Virus record (IMG/VR): IMGVR_UViG_3300017719_000004
Span: 18,644 to 82,643 of that record
Direction: 5' to 3' (one strand)
Origin: a virus
Lineage: Duplodnaviria; Caudoviricetes
DNA length: 64,000 nt
Part shown: positions 59,601 to 64,000 of the stretch, in pieces
Layout of the letters: each line of letters starts with the position of its first letter
Numbering within the stretch: the first letter of the stretch is position 1
The notes under the pieces: model-generated
Seen by the model: only the letters and a program-made list of their open reading frames with translations
Told to the model about the DNA's origin: nothing
The model's database searches: none
Made by a program: the position numbers and the translations under genes

Positions 59601-59813
59601 GATGACATCTACAGTAAGATTATCAACCTTAATGTATGCGTCAATATTCTCAGCAATATCTGCCGGACCACCTTGATAGTCTTGGGAGATATAATACTGT
59701 TTTAGAAACTCGGCAAATTTTGGGTTTTCTGAGACCGCAAATTCGGGTATAGATTCAGAAACAATCTGATAAGTCTTTACTCTTGGGCTTAGCGGGGAGT
59801 TTGTCTCTATCAT
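47673..59813 (-). CDS. gp7: giant baseplate wedge initiator gp7-like protein (4046 aa)
   Basis: FLKQYY.SQ, YESKGT..SFKILFKALF, DNDYYQNMSY, VHPSGMKNF; lies between gp6 and gp8. Confidence 0.85.
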   Translation of the reverse strand: MIETNSPLSPRVKTYQIVSESIPEFAVSENPKFAEFLKQYYISQDYQGGPADIAENIDAYIKVDNLTVDVIKGGTNLASDISDSDDTISVTSTDGYPAKHGLIKIDSEIITYADKTQTSFTGCTRGFSGISSYIAPNNNEDLVWESTVASSHTAGSIVQNVSALFLKEFYKKLKAMYTPGLEGVNLSPQLDINNFIKEARSLYESKGTEDSFKILFKALFGIDPKINDLEKYLIKPSYANYVRRKTLSLELISGNPANLVGETLYQDNDPTNDKVNIASGPISEVSNLRDNYFKISLFTGFDERSLTDGTFVVPGKTRNIGDIGIGASVITVDSTIGFSSVGTLSIGSTIYNYDTKSINQFFDVTPLVSTEIKNNTDISAPNIVYGFENGDSSKRVEFKVTGVLSKFLSNADLKNLDQDSSIRIRNLGRLIENSEINRGYEEIFFNSWIYNTSTRYEVSAFSGSGFVLDGNIDKSSIRKGDIVDIVNRNSELVAATSLTISSVNTSTNTVTLSGSIPTLDSSLSYDLRRVQKKANSSIVPIRGGQNQLLSDINNTYIETENESSTGKREGYVASSSLPSYLITVDKVRSTLVNPTVGLGNFDGYDSTEDAYTVLAFTDNVPFKTGEEVVYVPSEGTIGILGLEQKGYFVKVLSPANRIQLYTSRAFIKANLPEYFNPTGIAGTHDFILASQGKREIFPSRPIRRFTLEQELRSGKESATTSEITADGNTGMLVNGLEVLNYKGENQIYYGPLKQINVLNGGVGYDVQNPPNVTISDALVSVANTAGSIVSLAGTVTSVYVDPVEFDIDKVVSVEIFGGNGTGAFGRALLEERYREISFSGVSTLSGGAVEAVNDRFTFTSDHNLVSGSRIVYNNNGNNNLGIATTGASNEELTLMSGQDYYVRSSGDRSIYLHYTKQDSVTGINTISISENAAGSNTGQHIFRTFEKKTTIGRISIENAGSGYASRNILVNPTGINTFRDYVSFEDHGFRDGDVVNYSYDTTTITGLSSTKQYQVLKISDDAFRLAEVGNKGDTKPSGDNYNKKIHAFLDSQGSGFQRFTYPKIECTVKVLTEDQKEQDLVATPIVRGQVVDAPLYSRGRNYGSTVVDFRNPPTISIESGQLGQIGLIFSNGRIISAFVQSGGSGYSGPPDIVVSSASSEANGAILRSVVENGSITEVKVISGGVGYAASTTTTSIVNPGSSLKLEAQLRPLVINKAFGLNDTELDYLSPFTGGVAVNYIGYGNSIRDFFGDDGSSHSSIIGWAYDGNPIYGPYGLTDPNNIQSDVKRQESSYDIVSTNITNRPPISEFPYGSLVEDYSYIGSGDLDEHNGKFTKTPDFPAGVYAYFATVDINNKPVFPYFIGDTFRSFAIPENTVRGLVIDQTNFDFESSKLVRNTFPYNMFGDGKSYDYVFQPYKENNQESVPDNLGVGSITDIQINFKGSGYSVNDNIVFDDSETTGGGLSAEVSRIFGSDITQVSSNTVSFLNVPFTIGRETAEFKVSPYHEFSDNHVIRVSGISTYVKGLETYHKISVQTFNATLDQDGYTGIITDLKVSLVPPNVSAGDSIGIGTETVRILNAFPSEKIVRVERSAGFATASVGAAVTYFTSKFTLPLSESFTIDSKFQDLYYFNPKESVGVGTTVGFSTSVNVSLNGVTKTRSILSQSIFIEGHDLKTNDLVTFDTNGNSVINATASIDPYIAPSALPASLYVVRKTINTIGLKTSPDGSELFFTTTGDDSSNYYFQTNYTQQIANIERSELTVETSNPHDLSINDRVSLVVKPGITTGILQAEDVTVKLLDGNLVLNPIEIATTGINTVTSIFTANKHGLETGFKVLAYGPFGDENSLPDNLFQRTYFVLKIDNDTFQLSDSRSQLFLDPPEVVSVTGVGSTGQTINPINPPIKVTKNNNIVFNLNDASLLDGKLKIFYDSNFFNEFVGTGDTSSLEVVGVNTVGLGTTVAEDMSKLTINYNDNIKTELYYGFEKGGYMSTSDTEVVGFTKISFIDSTYTGSYSITGVGSTTFTAILATEAEQTKYSAEDCEELYYTTTSIGATGGIAKVRIINNGFGYNKIPAVASIGNSGISGNLNLIGPTINLLKDVTVPTDVFGYPSDNTLKPDAFLPRSVQVKNANRVLDVEVTFGGKSYINAPSLVLYDKTTGIIVDNGLITCELSDSAVNSAEVVVQPRGLTANAYGIAPLRNSNGISIIEAFSDVGVVTCKITTPILGYVQEPFVPGEEVYLEGIEFNNDGDGFNSGDYLFTNFTIDTYNSAVNPREVSFKYTGLTTNVGTGATVVPGFGQIVKAGDLAKFSTTISFSPFAKNEPLRRNNDNETDLILRSIDTNTGIMVIEGSLPLEADDNLVGTNSGDRAVVDSVTVFDGYYDIDSTIDTNVGWSDNIGLIGDSNQFLPDNDYYQNMSYAIESDKTFDEIITYVNDIVHPSGMKNFANTQILSVGDAGESIQPADDAGGFVLDFISDPLRVDGIYNFDLSRDVNANNNTSKFLELKSTRLADFILNKTNRVLIHDDISPNFVSNESNDLSDDRTIAGVVAGRNFSRYLIQTTHQAENPLNNQYQFNEVILVTIDENTYLLQKSHVNNNNNVGLSTGYAEFFAFYNVDDDLTEIRIKPYETFDTDFDIKTFQQGFSADVGIGSTNTGNVVNSSANVLVGSGSTEQIIGFSTTTFVGGIGHFVVVDTAANSIDYVELALQHDGTDTYLTELASFNTRQSLGGISSPNFMGTFTSSIESGVVKIDYIHNESSTLAVRSKFVSFENVGLGTTSIRHLNLKFTPEGTERTARVIVGASATTGISTVVGVSSFTNLSFKSTVHVSYGSTQTLHQIYVLSDPEKADTYISQQPIAAIGTTTGIGTFGAEFSGSNVNLEFYPDSGVTGIVSIYSYNEVLYKDADPNGTLAGIGSFDYGKVFENVTQNTYLGINNRNIRSFDLKYEGTPIYERDLNPQNPDQIDFGTGLISFKHFFSNAEPVTYEPDSNIVGVAASALQYVTGYGHTSLPSTVFVIKNNNDQFFISTNLTDARSGIAVTFQPGTAAGNKHRFTMDKRDEKTVIALNGIVQKPISYTQIIYDLDVAVNGIVTSFALSGLSTITSGDLLKLGDEYSIVRTVGFATQPTGPITGIGTWSIVEVERGAVGSAATDHAAGSIARIHRGSFQILNSQIHFTEAPLGGDLGVIDPQNLPYPRASFGGRTYLRNDYRTNELFDDFSDKFDGLENTFPLTATGAAVTGIGSTGGNGVLFINGIFQAPFGENNEGVSNFKIIEDPVSTAASVQFSGITSVGFTDLIIDIDDINQNQLPRGGVIVSIASTPGNGYAPFIGADVRLDVGAGGTITGIVGISTTGPSVSLSNAVYDKRTGIMTVTTSANHGLLIEDQVKLTGIAFTCGAAHAGVTTTIFPEHNDPFSVAGIISATQFKVQVGPSTIPHTYVSGGTAAQFFPLTFGSGYNSNLGTIGIAVTCATGTGATVTAVVGAGGSLVFSVTGPGTNYTTNSTVITPEPNGENLPIVGVSRIGLGNTTLTGVGCSVTVQIAGVSTATGIGSTLFEVSEFKFSKKGYGFKRGDKFTVTGLSTDPYAGDKFRPFELEVVDVFTDQVSSWQFGNIDYLDNIRQFQDGNQKRFLLYYQQSLVSFEIDRGDRDSKEIDLSAVLLIFINGVIQEPGINYTFDGGSVIEFTSAPTTEDNVVIFFYRGTIGQDSFLFDVNEVIKVGDNLRLRKSAQIELNQVNQSTANLAQSANRIVKRIDSAATVETAFYQGVGISNDNYKPMDWIKQKKDIIIDGSLVSKARDSIEAQISPIANVIGVLTTTDSFVYVDSTALFRDTDNLLTGSFSLAYIAEVGFGTTAVYGINYENITGIEPLVANVQGFVGVVTGIGTCPGIGTDLALLIQFDAQDYVNDGNSTAGLSTGQPFKLYGTGINTVSAAVTSIDTHDTDIVGISTFNGDNIYYVHAVSTRNGGRVGVITANIASYTNVSDFVGVGSTSVPYAHFTWGKFSNVSRDQTQPVNANIKGIDFDPELSNYPIVQRRGVGLRGTGGLPKIL

Positions 59814-59814
59814 C

Positions 59815-61734
59815 CTACTGTCTGATTAGCGATCCGTTGGAGTAACTGGATGTGATTTGATATCCAATACCAGAAATTTGCTGGCCAGAGGAAATCGTGT
59901 CTCTCACGATATTTATCTCAGAATTTGAGAGATCTAGACTTAGATAGATATCCTTCAATCCGATAATATCGTTTGACTCAGGATATGCTTGAACTTCAAC
60001 AATATTGTCACCAATCGCTGTAGAGCTAATGGTAACTGCATTGAGTAAAATCTCACCTTTTAGGTAATCAACAGTACCTGCGGACTTAACTACAACTTCT
60101 GCAGACTCACCTTGTAGTTTTGCTGGTTTAAATATAGCGATATCCCCATATCTACCATCATCTCTAGGAATATCAGTCAAATATACAATTTCTGGGTCGC
60201 CTGAAATTGTAAATCCGGTCGATTTGATCGTACCGCCTCCAGATAGGATATTAAACTGGTTACCAAAGCATAATTCGTATTGAGCTGTAGCATCTTTAAT
60301 TACTTTTAAGTCTCTACGAATTGTAACTTTTGTAATATTAGATGTAATAGCAGAATTTGTCCTATCAATAATATTCTGAGATTCAGAATACTTAAATCTA
60401 CCACCAAATTTGTTCAAATTAGTAGATTTTCCGTAAGTTGTCAAAGATTCGGTAATTTGTGCTTTTAATTCGTTCGCATCATCAAAAACATTGTTGTTAT
60501 AATAAACAGAAGTGTCTAATTCAATATACAAAACTCTCAAATCTTCAATTCTTTGGTTAATACCAGCGATTGAGTAATTTTTTAGATCATTTAAAATATT
60601 TTGCTTAGTAAAGTCAGATAAAAATGTGCCATTTACAGGTTTAATACTTAAAACGACAGTTCCAAACTCTGGAGGGTCTAATTCTTCCCCACCAACAACA
60701 GAAACCGACTCTGTATTTGGATAAATCCTCTGAATAATAGATTCATAGTCCTTAGGTGTAACCGCTCTGTTTTGTGCGGAGTACATTCTAGGTGCAAAGT
60801 ATCGTATAGAGTCAATTGGCTCGATCTCAGAACCATTACGGGCGGGTTGAGAGGTACTAACGCTAATAACATTAGTGGATGTGATAGAATTATTAGCATC
60901 ATTTCTTATATCGCCGGAAAAAGTGAAATTTTTTCCTTCGTTACCAAATTTTCCGTCAGTAATAATGTAACTAATACTAATTTCATCACCCTGTTCTAAC
61001 TTTGTACCAAAAAGACCATCTCCAAATAGTAATTCATAAGTCTCATTAGGAGCTTCTTGAATTAAGTAGATATTTGAGTCCTTTGTAATGTCAATAATAT
61101 TGTCAACCTTTGAAAAAGATAATCCTGCAGTCGCACCAGACTTCTTAACATCTACTCTGAGAGTATCAATATCGACATTTGAGTTTTCAATGATAAATCT
61201 TTGGTCTGAGCTACCATTTACTCCCCAAGATTTTGTTAAAAGTGATCCTTGATAAACTTTTATGTTAGAAAAGGTTGCTGTCCTTGGAGGATTTGCTCCT
61301 ACAACACCACCAGCATCAATTGGACTGGATGCAATGATGTCTTCTGGGATAGAAAAGACATAAGAAGTATTATCAATACCACCAACTAATACTAAACCCT
61401 TCTTCAGAGTAACAGTTGTGCTATTTCCATCGAATTTAAACGGAAAGCTAATGATTGCTTCTGCTGCTTTTCGCGATCTAGGAACATATCCAATGTTTCT
61501 TGCAAGAGAAACTACATTTTCTCGTAGAGTTGCTGAATCCAAGAAGGATTCATTAGCAACCATATTACTATTGAATGCTGTAATATAAGTATTATACGCT
61601 AAAACATCAATCAGCAGCGAAATATTTGATCCGTCAAAGTCAAAATCAGAAAATTCTGAGTTAGATCTCAGATAATCCTTAATCGAATCTTTAATTTGAT
61701 CGAAATTTAGGTTGGTATACTTAAATGATGGCAT
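59815..61734 (-). CDS. gp6: baseplate wedge subunit gp6
   Basis: FDQIK..I..YL, FLDSATLRENVVSLARNIGY, QNRAVT..DY. Confidence 0.96.
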   Translation of the reverse strand: MPSFKYTNLNFDQIKDSIKDYLRSNSEFSDFDFDGSNISLLIDVLAYNTYITAFNSNMVANESFLDSATLRENVVSLARNIGYVPRSRKAAEAIISFPFKFDGNSTTVTLKKGLVLVGGIDNTSYVFSIPEDIIASSPIDAGGVVGANPPRTATFSNIKVYQGSLLTKSWGVNGSSDQRFIIENSNVDIDTLRVDVKKSGATAGLSFSKVDNIIDITKDSNIYLIQEAPNETYELLFGDGLFGTKLEQGDEISISYIITDGKFGNEGKNFTFSGDIRNDANNSITSTNVISVSTSQPARNGSEIEPIDSIRYFAPRMYSAQNRAVTPKDYESIIQRIYPNTESVSVVGGEELDPPEFGTVVLSIKPVNGTFLSDFTKQNILNDLKNYSIAGINQRIEDLRVLYIELDTSVYYNNNVFDDANELKAQITESLTTYGKSTNLNKFGGRFKYSESQNIIDRTNSAITSNITKVTIRRDLKVIKDATAQYELCFGNQFNILSGGGTIKSTGFTISGDPEIVYLTDIPRDDGRYGDIAIFKPAKLQGESAEVVVKSAGTVDYLKGEILLNAVTISSTAIGDNIVEVQAYPESNDIIGLKDIYLSLDLSNSEINIVRDTISSGQQISGIGYQITSSYSNGSLIRQ

Positions 61735-61738
61735 TTTC

Positions 61739-62137
61739 TTACCTAGTTGGCTCTAAAAGAAACTCAAATTCTTGTCTTGGGAAATCTTCACCAACAATAT
61801 CGTAGTTAATTATGATATCAAATGCATTTCCATCGGGATTTGGTGTTACCACAACCTTGATGTTTGCAATTCTACCTTCAAAATTTGATAGAACATCAAA
61901 AACTTGCTGAGAAATTAGATTTGCTGTACCAAAATCAACGAAATCGAACAGTGAACTACTAATATCAGTACCAACCGAAGACTGAAACGGTCTCTCTCCA
62001 GGAATTGTTTGGACTAAGTTCCTCACAGCACGCTTAATCGCGTCCTCATTCCTGAGAACTTGTATATCACCAGTAACAGGGTGTGCGTTAAAGGATAAAC
62101 TAATATCCTGAAATGCCCGTGAGTTGGTTTCAGCCAC
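61739..62137 (-). CDS. gp25: baseplate wedge subunit gp25
   Basis: DISLSF..HPVT.D...AIKRAVRNLV.T..GERPF; late promoter TATAAATA at 62161-62168; GTG start. Confidence 0.93.
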   Translation of the reverse strand: MAETNSRAFQDISLSFNAHPVTGDIQVLRNEDAIKRAVRNLVQTIPGERPFQSSVGTDISSSLFDFVDFGTANLISQQVFDVLSNFEGRIANIKVVVTPNPDGNAFDIIINYDIVGEDFPRQEFEFLLEPTR

Positions 62138-62169
62138 TAAATGACACTAAATATCAAGCTTATTTATAG

Positions 62170-62319
62170 TCACTCTTGAAGAAGATCTGGTTCAGTATCA
62201 TCATTTTTATAATCACCTGCTACTTCACGAAGAATTTTGTCTGATTTTTTACGATCAGTCTTAACTCCCCATGAACCACCAACGCCGCCGTCCATATTTA
62301 CAATGAGATCGTCATCCAT
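62170..62319 (-). CDS. 49-aa hypothetical protein (not in ORF track)
   Basis: MDDDLIVNMDGGVGGSWGVKTDRKKSDKILREVAGDYKNDDTEPDLLQE; ATAAATA upstream at 62345-62351. Confidence 0.6.
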   Translation of the reverse strand: MDDDLIVNMDGGVGGSWGVKTDRKKSDKILREVAGDYKNDDTEPDLLQE

Positions 62320-62347
62320 TTTCTTTATTATAATATTGTAAGATTAT

Positions 62348-63001
62348 TTATTCCGTCTTCTCTGATTCTGTTTCCCAGAAATATTCATCAGTATCTCCTA
62401 GTCTACCCCATCTAATACCATTCTCTACTTGGAAGTAATGTGTACTTACTTTGAAGTCTGGTATAAGTGGTTCTTCAGGTGTAATAGACAAGTCAAAGAT
62501 TCGTGTTCGGTTATTAGGATACAAACAAAATTGACCATTCTCAAGCTCAATACAGTTATGTGATTTATGTTCGTCAGGAATTTCGCTTACATTAGTATTT
62601 GTCGTATCTGTGTCTGGATGAAAGTTATCTAAGGTGAAGCAGTATTCGCCGTTAAGGGTGCCGAAGTTGCGTGTGCGTACTTGGAAGTCCATTGACCCGA
62701 TAAACTGCTTCTCAAGGCATCTAACCCCATAGTCCATACAGTTCCAGAACTGAAGGTTGGGTAGATCTAAATCTGGGTCGGGCGTTTCGGGGCGCGAGCA
62801 AAAGGCAGAAATTGGAAGCTTGTCAAACATTGCAGCATACTTCGGTAAGTATGTCTCAAAATAAAAAGCGCGTCCAGGTATCGACTTAACCGATACCCAA
62901 ACGCCCTCTACAAACTCACCAAATCCATCTTGGAAATCTCTAAGGTATTCTTTACGAACCCAGACTTTCTGCGGTGGAAGATTGATGATTAATTGACTCA
63001 T
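62348..63001 (-). CDS. conserved cyanophage hypothetical protein
   Basis: NLPP..VWVRKEYL, LQFWNCM, EHKSHN, NGQF.LYPNNR. Confidence 0.8.
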   Translation of the reverse strand: MSQLIINLPPQKVWVRKEYLRDFQDGFGEFVEGVWVSVKSIPGRAFYFETYLPKYAAMFDKLPISAFCSRPETPDPDLDLPNLQFWNCMDYGVRCLEKQFIGSMDFQVRTRNFGTLNGEYCFTLDNFHPDTDTTNTNVSEIPDEHKSHNCIELENGQFCLYPNNRTRIFDLSITPEEPLIPDFKVSTHYFQVENGIRWGRLGDTDEYFWETESEKTE

Positions 63002-63144
63002 TTGCCTTGTCCACGATAACGCTTCTTACGAGCGTTCGCGCTCGTCGCGCTAAGTTTTGTATGCTTACCCATCCCTTGACGAGTTTTTTTGGGGGTCGCT
63101 TCGATAAATGTATTACCGAGCAACGATTTTTTTACCTTAGCCAT
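62998..63144 (-). CDS. 48-aa highly basic protein (not in ORF track)
   Basis: MAKVKKSLLGNTFIEATPKKTRQGMGKHTKLSATSANARKKRYRGQGK; ATGA overlap. Confidence 0.8.
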   Translation of the reverse strand: MAKVKKSLLGNTFIEATPKKTRQGMGKHTKLSATSANARKKRYRGQGK

Positions 63145-63307
63145 AATTAAGTTCCTTCATAATATGTGAAATTCTGTGAGGAGCAGGGGCACCTGTCTCA
63201 TAAAATGAGAGAGCATACCCCTCCATGATATACATGAACTCGTCTTCACTTACATCGGTGTGCCTCTCAGACCCATCAACATAGATTGTGTAGACTGTCC
63301 GTTCCAT
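63137..63307 (-). CDS. 56-aa hypothetical protein
   Basis: MERTVYTIYVDG...; TGATG overlap with the upstream gene fixes the start at 63307. Confidence 0.7.
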   Translation of the reverse strand: MERTVYTIYVDGSERHTDVSEDEFMYIMEGYALSFYETGAPAPHRISHIMKELNYG

Positions 63308-64000
63308 CAGATGACACGCATCTTCTCGTGACCAACTCTGATACGAGGGTCGCACCAAATATCGAATCCAGCTTCAATTGCATCCAGACAGAAACTCACA
63401 TCCTCTCCACACATGTCCTGGACATCCCCAGACTCAAAGACTTGCATCTTGGGTGCAAACCATGGATACTTCATTTCAGCATGCTCAAAGACGCCGTGCT
63501 TGATGAGTACCCATCCGAAACCAGTGTAGTCTACCGTGAAAGGCTTCTTACGCTTTGTCATTGTTTCACCAGTCTCATGATTCATGACACCACCGTTGTT
63601 ACGGAAGTCTCCTTCATCCAACCAATGTGCAACAGATGTAGTACGACCATCTTCAGTCATGTACCAACCAGCAGCAATGTCCTGATCCATCAGAACAAGC
63701 TGTAGAAACTTCTCAGTGTTAAATGTAATATCTGAGTCGATCCACAACTGATAGTCATACTTCAGTTTACCATCCCAGGGAATCTGGTCCGGTCCACGCA
63801 ATACATTTGCTCCAAGACACTTACAACGAGCAAAGTTTACCATGCTGCTGTAGTCTTGTGAAATCTGAATACTCGCTCCCATCTGTACTAAGTCGAAACT
63901 TAGCTGCAGGAACGACTTCATGAATTGATATGAACAACCCCTACCAGGAAGACAGAATACAATTGCTTTACCCCTAAGCATCTCACGGGCAGCATCATAA
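63307..64000 (-). CDS. GT-A fold glycosyltransferase-like protein (5' end outside the window)
   Basis: LWIDSD (DxD), TGFGWVLIK, GEDVSFC, VGHEK; frame stays open to the window edge (YDAAREML...). Confidence 0.75.
   Translation of the reverse strand, partial: YDAAREMLRGKAIVFCLPGRGCSYQFMKSFLQLSFDLVQMGASIQISQDYSSMVNFARCKCLGANVLRGPDQIPWDGKLKYDYQLWIDSDITFNTEKFLQLVLMDQDIAAGWYMTEDGRTTSVAHWLDEGDFRNNGGVMNHETGETMTKRKKPFTVDYTGFGWVLIKHGVFEHAEMKYPWFAPKMQVFESGDVQDMCGEDVSFCLDAIEAGFDIWCDPRIRVGHEKMRVI

Noticed and set aside
63286-63705. 139-aa + strand ORF
   Set aside because: Antisense to the conserved glycosyltransferase-like gene; no motifs.

Overview
This window is a 64-kb segment of a T4-like cyanomyovirus (marine Synechococcus/Prochlorococcus-type phage) with essentially all genes on the minus strand. 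In transcription order (right to left) it holds: a GT-A glycosyltransferase-like gene and small conserved ORFs; baseplate genes gp25, gp6, gp7 (4046 aa) and gp8; a VrlC-like 2440-aa protein; a 2260-aa repeat fibre in the wac position; gp13, gp14, gp15 and gp16; an accessory island between gp16 and gp17; gp17 to gp23; a stand-alone 58-aa twin-CX3C gene; gp3, uvsY, uvsW, gp55, gp47 and gp46; and a VWA-peptidase/CobS AAA+ pair flanked by two 2OG-Fe(II) oxygenases. The island carries plastocyanin petE, an ndhP homologue missed by the ORF track, several membrane micropeptides and probable internal head proteins. I translated about a dozen ORFs under 60 aa by hand that are absent from the ORF track. 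The best leads are the petE-ndhP-micropeptide module, a G-[IVLF]-[GSAT]-[TS] motif that pervades outer virion proteins (possible glycosylation sequon), the insulated Cys-rich micro-gene, and several regulatory architectures. No tRNA, CRISPR array or intron was seen. All family calls come from motif recognition and synteny, not database searches.
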